Source of the DNA: an uncultured Candidatus Saccharibacteria bacterium
GTDB lineage: Bacteria > Patescibacteriota > Minisyncoccia > UBA6257 > 2-01-FULL-56-20
Direction of reading: 5' to 3'
NCBI GenBank assembly: GCA_964387675.1
Contig: CAYLWL010000003.1
Location: 6,436-70,435 of the forward strand
DNA: 64,000 nt
Positions 29,261 through 38,940 of this stretch are shown in pieces. The notes beneath the pieces are model-generated. The model was not told where the DNA came from. It saw only the letters and a program-made list of their open reading frames with translations, and searched no databases. Both the position numbers and the translations under genes were made by a program. The first letter of the stretch is position 1; each line of letters opens with the position of its first letter.

Positions 29261-29318
29261 GATATGAGGGACGGAACGTATAAAAACCTAATTTCTCATC
29301 TCTAATTACTCATCTCTA
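29244..29318. repeat. Family C hairpin; supplies L15 C-terminus and stop
   Basis: taagatatgagaaatgagatatgagg ... cctaatttctcatctctaattactcatctcta. Confidence 0.9.
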
Positions 29319-29323
29319 TTGCC

Positions 29324-30595
29324 ATGAACCGTTTTCTCCAAATATTTAAAATCCCCGACTTGCGCAACAAAATCCTCATCGTGGTCGGTCTTTTGGCCGC
29401 GTACCGGCTTCTTGCGGTCATTCCCATTCCGGGAGTCGACGCAATCCGGCTTGAGAATTATTTCAACTCCAACCAGTTTTTGGGATTTTTGAACTTTTTC
29501 TCCGGCGGCGGTTTGTCCAATCTGTCGGTCGTGATGCTCGGCGTGGGCCCCTATATTACCGCCACCATCATCATGCAGCTTCTCACCATCATTTTCCCGA
29601 AGCTGAAGCAGATATATTACGAAGAGGGCGCCCGAGGCCAGGCCAAGTTCAACCAGTACTCGCGGCTTATCACCGTGCCGCTTGCGGTTCTTCAGGCGTA
29701 CGGTTTTCTCTCTCTTCTTATCTCGCAAAACGTGATTGATCGGCCGGACTTTTTCAGTTTAGTGAGAAACGTCTTGGTGATCACGGCCGGTTCCATGATC
29801 GCGCTCTGGCTCGGCGAACTCATCAGCGAACAAAAAGTGGGGAATGGGATATCGCTCATCATTTTGGCCGGTATCGTGGCGGGGCTTCCAAATGACGTTG
29901 GGCTTGCGCTCGCGACCTACACCCCAAATCTCTTGCCGACCTACGCGGGATTTATTATTGTGGCCGTTTTGCTTGTTGCCGGTGTTGTGTATCTCAACGA
30001 AGGCGAACGTAAAATCCCGATTGCCTACGCAAGGCGCGTGCGCGGAATGAAAATGTACGGCGGCGCCCAGAGTTATCTGCCGCTCAAGGTGAACCAGGCA
30101 GGCATGATCCCTCTCATATTCGCGATCTCCGTCTTGCTTTTCCCGCAATTTATCGCTCAAGCGGCTTCTATTCTCTCTCCGGATTTGGCGGTCCGCATCA
30201 ATACTTTCGTCACCAACTTTTTGAACAACCAGCTGTTCTACGGATTGTTCTACTTCCTCTTGGTTTTCGTCTTTACGTACTTCTATACGGCCATCACTTT
30301 CAATCCGGAGGAGGTCGCGAAAAATCTTCAGCGTGGCGGGGGATTCGTGCCCGGCATCCGGCCCGGCGAGGCGACTGCCACGTTTTTCTCAACCGTCATC
30401 AACCGGCTCACGTTCTTTGGGGCGGCGTTTCTCGGCCTCATCGCGATATTGCCGCTTATCATTCAGCGGCTGACCGGCGTTCAGGTTTTGAATATCTCGG
30501 GCACCGCTCTTTTGATCGTGGTGGCGGTCGCCTTGGAAACGATGCGCCAGATCAATTCCCAGCTCACGGTTCGCGAATACGAGGGGCTCGAATAG
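29324..30595 (+). CDS. secY: Preprotein translocase subunit SecY
   Basis: LGVGPYITATIIMQLL, GNGISL, PGIRPG; ten TM helices. Confidence 0.98.
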   Translation: MNRFLQIFKIPDLRNKILIVVGLLAAYRLLAVIPIPGVDAIRLENYFNSNQFLGFLNFFSGGGLSNLSVVMLGVGPYITATIIMQLLTIIFPKLKQIYYEEGARGQAKFNQYSRLITVPLAVLQAYGFLSLLISQNVIDRPDFFSLVRNVLVITAGSMIALWLGELISEQKVGNGISLIILAGIVAGLPNDVGLALATYTPNLLPTYAGFIIVAVLLVAGVVYLNEGERKIPIAYARRVRGMKMYGGAQSYLPLKVNQAGMIPLIFAISVLLFPQFIAQAASILSPDLAVRINTFVTNFLNNQLFYGLFYFLLVFVFTYFYTAITFNPEEVAKNLQRGGGFVPGIRPGEATATFFSTVINRLTFFGAAFLGLIAILPLIIQRLTGVQVLNISGTALLIVVAVALETMRQINSQLTVREYEGLE

Positions 30596-30774
30596 TTTTT
30601 TGAAGAACCTGCTCCGGCGGCGAAAATGATATTCGCTCGGCTTAATTTTTTAAGCAAACGAAGCGGTTCCCGTCGCGTTTTTCGCTCCGACCATTTCGTT
30701 TGCAGATAAAAAATTCGCGCCTCGTTCGTTCATTTTTATGCCGCCTCCACTTACGGTTCCTCAAAAAGCTATTC
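30590..30774. repeat. Long imperfect hairpin after secY
   Basis: gaatagttttttgaagaacc pairs with ggttcctcaaaaagctattc; nested inner stems. Confidence 0.7.
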
Positions 30775-30930
30775 TTCGCCTTGGTGAAAACCGTTTCTGT
30801 TTCCGATAACCCCACCGCAAAAGAGTTATTCCTGCGCTCGAAAAGAAAACATCATACCAAGAACTTGCGCTACGAGCGGTAGTTTTATAAAATACGAGAA
30901 GCCATTTTGTTACAAAGCGGGGAGGCCGGC

Positions 30931-31449
30931 GTGAGAGAACTGAAAGCCGTGATAATCCTTGCCGTGCTTGTGCTGGGATCGGTGATTGTCTACCGGCCCG
31001 TCGCGGATTTCGCAAGATCGTTTCCGTATAAGTTCGAAGCACGCGGCTACGTTGTTGTAGACGCAAGCCGGGAAATTCAAAAGCGATTCGACTCGGCAGT
31101 TCCTCAAGGGTCTTATGGAAATGCGAATGGCCCGGTGATTTTCTATTCATCTTTCTACGACGAGTCAACCCGCACTTATTTCTACAGAATCAGAAATAAT
31201 TCCAACAAGGAATTTTACGCCAGGTCCAGGATCTTTTTGATACTTCTGGGAGAGGCGAGCGTCGCGATTTCTTCGAAGAACGACCTTTATGCGGGGGTTC
31301 AGGACTTGCGTCCGCCCGTTGAGAGGGAGGAAACTTTGTATCTCGCCGACGATAGATACTCGCTAAACCTTAGCCGCGGCATTGGAATGAAGCTTGTGAT
31401 GCCGGAAGAAAAACCGCAGCATCATTTGGTGTGGAGGCCGCGTTATTAA
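30931..31449 (+). CDS. Membrane-anchored hypothetical protein
   Basis: GGAGG SD before GTG; TM helix. Confidence 0.6.
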   Translation: MRELKAVIILAVLVLGSVIVYRPVADFARSFPYKFEARGYVVVDASREIQKRFDSAVPQGSYGNANGPVIFYSSFYDESTRTYFYRIRNNSNKEFYARSRIFLILLGEASVAISSKNDLYAGVQDLRPPVEREETLYLADDRYSLNLSRGIGMKLVMPEEKPQHHLVWRPRY

Positions 31450-31520
31450 CCTTGTTTACCTCGGCCTCTGGCCGAGGAATCTTTTTGGCTTAATTTTTTG
31501 ATTCTGCTACAATTGTAGAA

Positions 31521-32192
31521 ATGCGTAAAATCGCTATAGTCTTATACGGCCCGCCGGGATCGGGCAAGGGAACGCAGGCGAATCTTCTGGCAGACAAGCT
31601 TGGGATCACCCACTTTGACACGGGCAAATTTCTTGAGGCGGTCGTTCATGACCCGAAACGGCAGAGAGAAAAAGTTATAAAGCGTGAACGGAAAAATTTC
31701 GATACGGGGATTCTTGTGACCCCCAGTTTTACTTTAAGAGAAGTCGCGCGAGAGACAATAAGAATCGGTAAGTGCGGTTTGGGGATCATCTTTAGCGGCT
31801 CGCCCCGAACGGTCTACGAAGCGAGCGGTTTGTACCCTCTTTTTGAAAAATTATACGGTAAGAAGAACATTTATGTCTTTGAACTAAAGTTATCTCCCGA
31901 AGGTTCCATCGAGAGAAATTCCAGCCGACTGGTGTGCTCCGTTTGCGGCTACACGTTGCTTACTGCCTACTATCCATCGAAGAAGCCGCGGTATTGTCCG
32001 GTTTGCGCGGGGTCTTTTTATCGCCGGACTCTTGACAAGCCGGAAGTGATCAAGGTGCGACTGAAACAATATCGGGATCGCACCGAGCCGATCTTCGATC
32101 TCATCAAAAAGCATGGATACAAAGTCCATCAAATAGACGCTCGACCCGCTCCGCACAAAGTTCTGAAAAAATTACTCGGTTATTTTGGGTAA
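31521..32192 (+). CDS. adk: Adenylate kinase
   Basis: GPPGSGKGTQA, zinc LID CxxC...CxxC; position between secY and map. Confidence 0.9.
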   Translation: MRKIAIVLYGPPGSGKGTQANLLADKLGITHFDTGKFLEAVVHDPKRQREKVIKRERKNFDTGILVTPSFTLREVARETIRIGKCGLGIIFSGSPRTVYEASGLYPLFEKLYGKKNIYVFELKLSPEGSIERNSSRLVCSVCGYTLLTAYYPSKKPRYCPVCAGSFYRRTLDKPEVIKVRLKQYRDRTEPIFDLIKKHGYKVHQIDARPAPHKVLKKLLGYFG

Positions 32193-32953
32193 TGGTAGAG
32201 ATTAAAACCCCGTCGGAAATCGAGCTCATGGCCGAAGGCGGCCGGATGCTCGCCGAGGTGCTCAAAGAACTGAAGCGCGCGACCCGCGCCGGCGTTTCCA
32301 CCAAGTTTTTAGACGAGTTTGCCCATAAGCTGATACAAGACCGCGGCGCGACGCCGGCCTTTTTGAACTATCTTCCGGCCTGGGGCAAGAAGCCCTACCT
32401 GTGCAGTTTGTGCGCTTCTTTAAACGACACCGTTGTGCACGGACTGCCGTCGGATTATGTGATAAAAGATGGCGACCTCGTAAAGCTGGATCTCGGCTTG
32501 AAGTACAAAGGATTTTATACCGATACGGCGACAACCGTTGCTGTGGGAAACGTTTCCAAAGAGGAAAAACGACTCATCAAAGTTACGGAAGATGCCCTGC
32601 AGAAAGGGATTGCCGAGGCGCGGGCGGGGAAAACGCTTGGCGATATCGGTTCCGCGATCCAAAAGCACGTCGAGAAGAACGGAATGTCGGTGGTGAAGAG
32701 TTTGACCGGCCACGGCATCGGCCGCGCTCTCCACGAAGAGCCGTCGGTTCTGAACGTGGGAAACCCCGGACACGGCCTTGAGCTTGAAGTCGGGATGGTT
32801 CTCGCAATCGAGCCGATGGTCGCGCTCGAATCGGGCGAGATCAAACAGCTCAAAGATGACAGTTTTATAACACGAGACGGGTCGCTTGCGGCTCACTTCG
32901 AACACACCGTCGCCATCACCGAAAAAGGGCCGAGGATATTGACCCTTCGATAA
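32192..32953 (+). CDS. map: Methionine aminopeptidase type I
   Basis: VVHGLP, GHGIG...HEEP, AIEPM, AHFEHT. Confidence 0.97.
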   Translation: MVEIKTPSEIELMAEGGRMLAEVLKELKRATRAGVSTKFLDEFAHKLIQDRGATPAFLNYLPAWGKKPYLCSLCASLNDTVVHGLPSDYVIKDGDLVKLDLGLKYKGFYTDTATTVAVGNVSKEEKRLIKVTEDALQKGIAEARAGKTLGDIGSAIQKHVEKNGMSVVKSLTGHGIGRALHEEPSVLNVGNPGHGLELEVGMVLAIEPMVALESGEIKQLKDDSFITRDGSLAAHFEHTVAITEKGPRILTLR

Positions 32954-32986
32954 ACTCAGGGTCAATCCTGAGCAAGGTCGAATGGA
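32943..32986. repeat. CCCTTCGA...CTCAGGG REP-like palindromic pair
   Basis: cccttcgataaactcagggtcaatcctgagcaaggtcgaatgga; contains the map stop; relatives at 52690 and 58935. Confidence 0.7.
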
Positions 32987-33020
32987 TTGAGTTTTGAACA
33001 TCTATTTGCTACAATTTACA

Positions 33021-33094
33021 TCAAGTATCAGGTGGCAGGTATCAAGAAGCAACGGAGGTGAGTTCTTGACGCTTGACACATGACACTTGACACA
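33021..33094. repeat. Family H hairpin in greA leader
   Basis: tcaagtatcaggtggcaggtatcaag ... cttgacgcttgacacatgacacttgacaca. Confidence 0.85.
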
Positions 33095-33098
33095 TTGT

Positions 33099-33557
33099 AT
33101 GGCCAAATACTATCTCACCAAAGAGCGTCTCGAGGAGCTCAAAGAAGAGTTGGACGATCTGAAGAACAAGAAGCGCGTGGAGATCGCTGAACGGCTGAAG
33201 CACGCCAAGGAGTACGGCGACCTTTCGGAAAACTCCGAGTACGCGCAAGCGAGAGAAGATCAATCCGTCGTGGAGACGAGGATTTTCGAGCTCGAGGAGA
33301 TGCTCAAGAAAGCGGTCATTATTAAAAAGTCCGCGGGCGGGGACAAAGTCGAGGTGGGTTCGACGATAACCGCAAAAAAAGGCGATCATGTGGTGAGTTA
33401 CACCATCGTGGGAGCGTACGAAGCGAAACCGGAGGAAGGAAGGATTTCGGACCAGTCGCCCTTGGGCCGCGCGTTCTTGGGGCACCGCGTCGGGGACAAA
33501 GTGAGCGTTCAGACTCCGTCGGCGCTGGTTGAGTATCAGATTACGAAGATTGAGTAA
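33099..33557 (+). CDS. greA: Transcription elongation factor GreA
   Basis: GDLSENSEY, ISDQSPLGRA. Confidence 0.97.
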   Translation: MAKYYLTKERLEELKEELDDLKNKKRVEIAERLKHAKEYGDLSENSEYAQAREDQSVVETRIFELEEMLKKAVIIKKSAGGDKVEVGSTITAKKGDHVVSYTIVGAYEAKPEEGRISDQSPLGRAFLGHRVGDKVSVQTPSALVEYQITKIE

Positions 33558-33659
33558 GCGAAATACCAATATACTAATTCGTGCGAATGATACTAATCAT
33601 ACTAATAACAGATTCGTATTATTTGTATCATTAGTATGCATTCGTATATTGGTATCACA
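33557..33659. repeat. Family A hairpin
   Basis: Same arms as 19566 with a longer loop. Confidence 0.92.
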
Positions 33660-33664
33660 TTTTT

Positions 33665-35110
33665 ATGCTTGACGACCTCATTAACGAACGGTTAAAAAAA
33701 CTCGACGAGATCAAGAAGGCCGGCCTTGATCCGTATCCTGCGAGCGCCGCGAGAACCTTGGAAATTGCGGAGGCGCGCAAGAAGTTTGACGAGTTGAGCG
33801 CGAGCAAAAAGAGCGTGGTGTTGGCGGGGCGCCTTATGAGTATGCGGGATCAGGGCAATATTTCTTTTTTGGATCTGGCCGACGAGAGCGGGAAAATCCA
33901 GATCGTTTTCAAAAAGGATATTCTGTCGAAGTTCGATTTCTGGAAAGATGTTTTGGATATAGGCGATTTCGTTGAGGCCGGCGGCGTTCTTTTTAAGACG
34001 CAGAAAGGCGAGGAAAGTTTGGAGGTCCACGATTTTCGCATGCTCACTAAATCGCTTCGTCCGATACCGAGCGAGTGGTACGGCGTGCAGGATATAGAGA
34101 CACGCCTTCGCAAGCGGTATTTGGATTTGATCGCCAACAAGGAAACGCGGGAGTTATTCAGAAAAAAAGCCGTTTTCTGGCAGACCATTCGGAATTTTAT
34201 GATCAGGCAGGGATTTTTGGAGGTGTGGACGCCGGTTCTCGAAAACATTCCCGGCGGCGCGGACGCCGAGCCGTTTGTTACTCACCACAATGCTCTAGAC
34301 AGGGATTTTTACCTGCGCATTTCGCTCGAATTGCCGCTCAAGCGACTGCTTGTCGGCGGCTACGACAAGGTCTTCGAAATCGGCCGGCTTTTCAGAAACG
34401 AGGGTATCGACCGCGAGCATTTGCAGGAATATGACGATATGGAATTTTACTGGGGCTACGCCGATTACAAAGATGGCATGAAGTTTGTGGAAAAGTTGTT
34501 CAAGGCGGTCGTTAAAAACGCCGTCGGTTCGATGGAAACCGAATATGAGGGCGCCAAAATCAACTGGGACGGGAAGTGGCCAAAAGTTGATTATTTCTCG
34601 GCGTTCAAAAAAGAAGCGGGCTTGGATTTGAACAAAGTTAATGAAGATGCGTTAAGAAAAAAAGCTCGGGATTTGGGGGTTGCCGTTGACGTTACGTCGG
34701 GCAAGGGGCGACTCATAGACGCGATTTACAAAAAAACCGTAAGGCCAAAACTAATCCAGCCGTGTTTTTTGGTCGGCCATCCGGTGGAAATATCGCCCTT
34801 GGCGAAAGCGGACTCCAAGAATCCCAAGAAAGTTTTGCGTTTTCAGGTTGTGGCGGGAGGCACGGAATTGGGTAACGGTTTTTCAGAGCTCAATGACCCG
34901 ATTGATCAAAAAGAGCGTTTTCAGGCGCAAATGAAGTTGCGCGAAGCTGGCGACAAGGAGGCGCAGATGCTGGACGAGGATTTTGTGGAAGCGTTGGAGT
35001 ACGGCATGCCACCGGCGGTGGGCTTCGGCGTGAGCGAGCGACTGTTCGCGGTGTTGATGAATAAGCCCGTGAGAGAGACGGTGATTTTTCCTCCGATGCG
35101 TTTGGAGTAA
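33665..35110 (+). CDS. lysS: Lysine--tRNA ligase (class II)
   Basis: YLRISLELPLKRL, FRNEG, EYGMPP. Confidence 0.97.
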   Translation: MLDDLINERLKKLDEIKKAGLDPYPASAARTLEIAEARKKFDELSASKKSVVLAGRLMSMRDQGNISFLDLADESGKIQIVFKKDILSKFDFWKDVLDIGDFVEAGGVLFKTQKGEESLEVHDFRMLTKSLRPIPSEWYGVQDIETRLRKRYLDLIANKETRELFRKKAVFWQTIRNFMIRQGFLEVWTPVLENIPGGADAEPFVTHHNALDRDFYLRISLELPLKRLLVGGYDKVFEIGRLFRNEGIDREHLQEYDDMEFYWGYADYKDGMKFVEKLFKAVVKNAVGSMETEYEGAKINWDGKWPKVDYFSAFKKEAGLDLNKVNEDALRKKARDLGVAVDVTSGKGRLIDAIYKKTVRPKLIQPCFLVGHPVEISPLAKADSKNPKKVLRFQVVAGGTELGNGFSELNDPIDQKERFQAQMKLREAGDKEAQMLDEDFVEALEYGMPPAVGFGVSERLFAVLMNKPVRETVIFPPMRLE

Positions 35111-35574
35111 TCGCGAATAACGCGAATAATCGGATGAATAACGCGAATAGTAAAATAGTCCTGCCAGAATTAAGTTACTCCATAATCGGAGCCGCCTTTA
35201 GAGTTTTTAATGAATTGGGGTGGGGATTTTCAGAAAAACATTATCAAGGTGCGCTCGCGAAGGAATTAGAAGATGCGGGTCTGCTATTTCGCCGAGAGGT
35301 TTATATCCCCTTCACTTACAAAAGTTCAACCATAGGTCGTTACTTTGCCGATTTCATTGTTAACGATAAGATTCTCCTAGAACTTAAAGTAGTTCCAAAA
35401 TTTGGATACGTTCATTTACATCAGGCATTGGGTCACTTGCATAGTGCAAAGTTGAAACTAGGAATATTAATCTACTTTACACGCGAAGGAATAAAGTATC
35501 GGAGGGTTGTTAATCCGGATGTATAATAATTCGCGTTATTTAATTAAAGATTCGAGTTATTCGCGATTACTCCA
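35103..35574. mobile_element. Family D inverted-repeat cassette enclosing the GxxExxY gene (mobility inferred)
   Basis: Perfect 19-bp IR tggagtaatcgcgaataac (35103-35121) / gttattcgcgattactcca (35556-35574). Confidence 0.6.
35134..35526 (+). CDS. GxxExxY protein (PD-(D/E)XK nuclease superfamily)
   Basis: LGWGFSEKHYQGAL, YFADFIVNDKILLELK. Confidence 0.93.
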   Translation: MNNANSKIVLPELSYSIIGAAFRVFNELGWGFSEKHYQGALAKELEDAGLLFRREVYIPFTYKSSTIGRYFADFIVNDKILLELKVVPKFGYVHLHQALGHLHSAKLKLGILIYFTREGIKYRRVVNPDV

Positions 35575-35993
35575 TGGCTAAGGTGATGGTTTTCGGTGTT
35601 TTCGATGGCATTCATGAGGGCCATCGAGCGCTTTTTCGAGAAGCAAAAAAATACGGCAAATACTTGGTCGCCGTGGTCGCGCAAGACAGGACGGTCGAAT
35701 ACTTGAAGGGCCATCTCCCGAAATATACTTTGGCGAAAAGAATCGAGGACTTGCAAAAAGAAAAACTGGTTAATGAAGTGGCGCTCGGCGACGCCGAGCC
35801 GGGAAGTTATGAAGTCATACTCAAGCATCGGCCGGACGTTCTCGCGCTCGGTTATGACCAGGAAGATTTCAAAGAAAACCTCGAGGAAAATCTGGAAAGA
35901 TTCGATTGGCGGCCGGAGATCGCGGTCTGTCGCTCCTACGAGCCGGAGAAATATCACAGCCACCTGCTTCATTTTGGCAAGTATAAAAATTAA
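35574..35993 (+). CDS. Cytidylyltransferase-family protein (RibL-like)
   Basis: FGVFDGIHEGH, PDVLALGYDQ. Confidence 0.88.
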   Translation: MAKVMVFGVFDGIHEGHRALFREAKKYGKYLVAVVAQDRTVEYLKGHLPKYTLAKRIEDLQKEKLVNEVALGDAEPGSYEVILKHRPDVLALGYDQEDFKENLEENLERFDWRPEIAVCRSYEPEKYHSHLLHFGKYKN

Positions 35994-36020
35994 AAAATCG
36001 AAACGTAAAGGATAATATCA

Positions 36021-36056
36021 TTTCCGTTATAACATAATATTATGTTATAACGGAAA
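36021..36056. repeat. Perfect 36-bp AT-rich palindrome
   Basis: tttccgttataacataat/attatgttataacggaaa; second copy at 52554-52593. Confidence 0.9.
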
Positions 36057-36157
36057 CAAAAAATTTGATTGCGGCTTAGTTTCCGTCTGCTCTTTTTATC
36101 TCTGCTCCCAAGATCGTAAAAATAAGCCCCTCCGACGCGCGTCGGAGGGGTGTTCGA

Positions 36158-37279
36158 TTACAGGTGCAAGAGCCGTATGATTCTGGAAACGTGTTTGCCA
36201 ATCGCCATGGACGCGGAAAGTCCGGGGGATTCGATGCCGATAAGATTGATCCAGAGAGGGTGGTTGTTATCCGCGCGCACGATAAAATCCGATTCCTGCG
36301 GAGTGTTCACGATTTTCGGCCTGATTCCCGAGTAGGCCCACCGGAGGTCTTCTTCTTTGATCGCTGGGCAAAACTTTTGGATTTCTTCGAGAAAAACTTC
36401 CACGGGAGTTTTGTCTTCTTCGTAATAATCTTTCGCAGGCACTGGCCTGGCATTGGGGCCGAAAAAGAGCCGTCCGCCAACTCGAGGGCTGAAGTGCGCT
36501 CCTTTTCCCGGTGAGTTTCGCGGAACTACGGGATACACGAGCCGTTTCACCAGTTCTCGTTTCGAGCCGATGATCTCATAGTACTCACCGCGCCACGGGT
36601 AAATCTTGTACTGCACGAATCCCGCAAGGCGCGCCACGTCGTCCGCGTAGAGCCCCGCGGAGTTTATCACGCTTCCCGCGAAAAACTCGAGATTTTCCGT
36701 TTCGAGCCGGTACCGTTTGCCGACATTGCCGGCTTTTTTGAGGCCCTCGCCGAAAAAGAAGCGCGCACCTCTCATTTCGGCATCGCGTCGCAGGGAGTTC
36801 ACGAAGGTCGGCGAGTCGATGACGCAAACACTCGGTATGAATATTCCCGCGAGCGCCCTGATGTTCGGTTCGAGCCGCTGTATCCCGAATGGCGAAAGAA
36901 ATTTGAAACCGATCTTTTGTTTTCTTCCGTAACGGAGGAGGTGGCGCAGATTTTGCCATTCCTGAAGCCCGCTCATCATCCCCGCGCAGGGAACAGAGAC
37001 GATCATTCCGCAACCCATTACCGCGAGCGATCTCTCGACCATATAACGCTCGGCTAATTCGCTTCCTTCCCGCGCGAATTTCGATTTGAGAAACGCGGGA
37101 TTCTGGTGAAAACCGGAATGGAGCACGCCGCTGTTTCTGCCGCTCGTTTCGAGTCCGGCGCCGGCCAGTTTTTCGAGAACCGCGATTTTGCGGCTCCGGT
37201 AATCAAGTGCGAGCTGTCGCGCGATGGCGCAGCCCACCACCCCGGCGCCGACGATCACAACGTCAAACTCGCTTTCCAT
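36158..37279 (-). CDS. FAD-dependent oxidoreductase, L-2-hydroxyglutarate oxidase-like
   Basis: GAGVVG, TSGRNSGVLHSG, INSAGLYAD, GIESPGLSAS. Confidence 0.9.
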   Translation of the reverse strand: MESEFDVVIVGAGVVGCAIARQLALDYRSRKIAVLEKLAGAGLETSGRNSGVLHSGFHQNPAFLKSKFAREGSELAERYMVERSLAVMGCGMIVSVPCAGMMSGLQEWQNLRHLLRYGRKQKIGFKFLSPFGIQRLEPNIRALAGIFIPSVCVIDSPTFVNSLRRDAEMRGARFFFGEGLKKAGNVGKRYRLETENLEFFAGSVINSAGLYADDVARLAGFVQYKIYPWRGEYYEIIGSKRELVKRLVYPVVPRNSPGKGAHFSPRVGGRLFFGPNARPVPAKDYYEEDKTPVEVFLEEIQKFCPAIKEEDLRWAYSGIRPKIVNTPQESDFIVRADNNHPLWINLIGIESPGLSASMAIGKHVSRIIRLLHL

Positions 37280-37335
37280 AGCTCCTCGTTCTCGAATAAA
37301 GGTTCTTCTGGTATCTTACGACGAGAAGAGATAAA

Positions 37336-38388
37336 ATGAAAATCAATCTTAAAAACATGCGTAAAAGAAAAGTCATTATTTTAGGGTTCGGCGGAACCAT
37401 CGCGATGGTTCCCGATGCTCACGGGGTATTAAAGCCGGCGAAAGGCGTGGATGAGATTCTTGCTATCGTTCCGTCTCTCAAGGAAATGGCGGATATTTCA
37501 TTGCGCCAGCTGGAGAATCGCGATAGCACCAATATCAATCCCAACCACTGGACCAATCTGGCGCTTGCCATTCAAGAAATCCACGGCCAGGTTGACGGGA
37601 TTATCGTGACCCATGGGACCGACACGATGGCATACACGGCATCAGCTATTTCGCTCGCGCTTGGCCGCGGATTGAAAATTCCCGTTGTGTTTACCGGCTC
37701 GCAATTGCCGCTGATTGCCTACGGAACCGATGCGCGGTTTAATCTCGAGAACTCGATGAAGACGGTGCTTCGGGCATGCGAAGAAAGAATCGCGGAAGTG
37801 ATGATTGTTTTCAGCGAACGCGTTATGCGGGCAAGCCGGGCGATCAAAACGAGCGAAGCAAGTTTTCATGCTTTTGATTCCCCGGCATTCCCGCGTCTCG
37901 CGCGCGTTGATGCCATCGGAGTCCATTTTATTCCCGAAGTTCTCAAGGTTGACGAGGACGCACCGTTGAATGTGCTCCCAAACTTTGAGCATGGTATTTT
38001 CGCGATTGACCTGTTGCCCGGACTTGAGCCGGAGATCCTGTTTGGAGTCCTGCGTTCAGGAAAATGTAGAGGGCTTCTTTTCAAGTCGCTTGGCGCCGGC
38101 AATGTGCCGAGTGAGGAAGGTTACTCGCTCCTGCCGGTCATCCGCGAGGCCGTCGGTACTTTGAAGATACCCGTGCTTGTTTCCACGAAATTCGTGGGAG
38201 GAAAAGTGCATATGGAAATGTACGAACCGGGTAAATTGGCCCTTGAGGCAGGCGCCATTCCTACGGGGGACTTGACCGACGTTATGGCGCAAGTGAAGTT
38301 GATGTGGGCGCTGGCTCAAGGTTATACCTCGATGGAGGATTTAAAGAATATCATCAATACCAATATCGTCGGAGAAATTACGGCCTAG
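37336..38388 (+). CDS. L-asparaginase type I family
   Basis: GGTIAM, DST, VTHGTDTMAY, TGSQLP. Confidence 0.92.
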   Translation: MKINLKNMRKRKVIILGFGGTIAMVPDAHGVLKPAKGVDEILAIVPSLKEMADISLRQLENRDSTNINPNHWTNLALAIQEIHGQVDGIIVTHGTDTMAYTASAISLALGRGLKIPVVFTGSQLPLIAYGTDARFNLENSMKTVLRACEERIAEVMIVFSERVMRASRAIKTSEASFHAFDSPAFPRLARVDAIGVHFIPEVLKVDEDAPLNVLPNFEHGIFAIDLLPGLEPEILFGVLRSGKCRGLLFKSLGAGNVPSEEGYSLLPVIREAVGTLKIPVLVSTKFVGGKVHMEMYEPGKLALEAGAIPTGDLTDVMAQVKLMWALAQGYTSMEDLKNIINTNIVGEITA

Positions 38389-38409
38389 AAACTCCCTCTT
38401 AATAGTTTT

Positions 38410-38898
38410 ATGCGCGAATATTTCACCGAAGCAGTTGTGTTGGATCGCGAGCCGTCGGGCGAACTGGATTTTAGAGTTTCTCTTTTTACCAAAAAATTCG
38501 GGAAGCTGATGGCGAAAGCAAAAAGCGCGCGGAAGATCACCTCGAAACTTTCCGGGCATCTTCTGCCCGGGAATATCGCCGACGTCCGGCTTATAGAAAA
38601 AAACGGGCTGCAGGTCGTGGATGCCATAAAAAAGAGTTCGACTTCTTCGGGCGCCGACCTCTTTCTGCTGAACAAAATTCTTGCCGACGCCGAACCGGAC
38701 CCCGCTCTTTGGCAAAAGGTTATCTCCGGCAATCTCCGGTGGGGTGAAGTTATAAAAATATTGGGGTGGGATCCCGAATTCGCTCTTTGTTCGGCTTGCG
38801 CCATTCCGAAGCCGGAGTCATTTAGTATTCGCGGCCAGGAGTTTTTCTGCCGCACGTGCGCTTTAAGATCCGGTCAAAAAGAGTTATTATATCTATAA
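38410..38898 (+). CDS. recO: DNA repair protein RecO (short form)
   Basis: TEAVVL...GELD...FTKKFGKL..AKSARKITSKL; C-terminal CxxC...CxxC. Confidence 0.8.
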   Translation: MREYFTEAVVLDREPSGELDFRVSLFTKKFGKLMAKAKSARKITSKLSGHLLPGNIADVRLIEKNGLQVVDAIKKSSTSSGADLFLLNKILADAEPDPALWQKVISGNLRWGEVIKILGWDPEFALCSACAIPKPESFSIRGQEFFCRTCALRSGQKELLYL

Positions 38899-38905
38899 GT
38901 ACGGC

Positions 38906-38940
38906 ACATGTCGCTTGTTACATGTCACTTGTCACATGCC
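38906..38940. repeat. ACATGTC heptamer array (single arm)
   Basis: acatgtc gcttgtt acatgtc acttgtc acatgcc; complement of the uvrC array at 56977. Confidence 0.75.

Noticed and set aside
19566-29318. CRISPR array suggested by recurring intergenic repeats
   Set aside because: Repeats are separated by whole ribosomal protein genes, not 25-45 nt spacers, and no cas genes are present.
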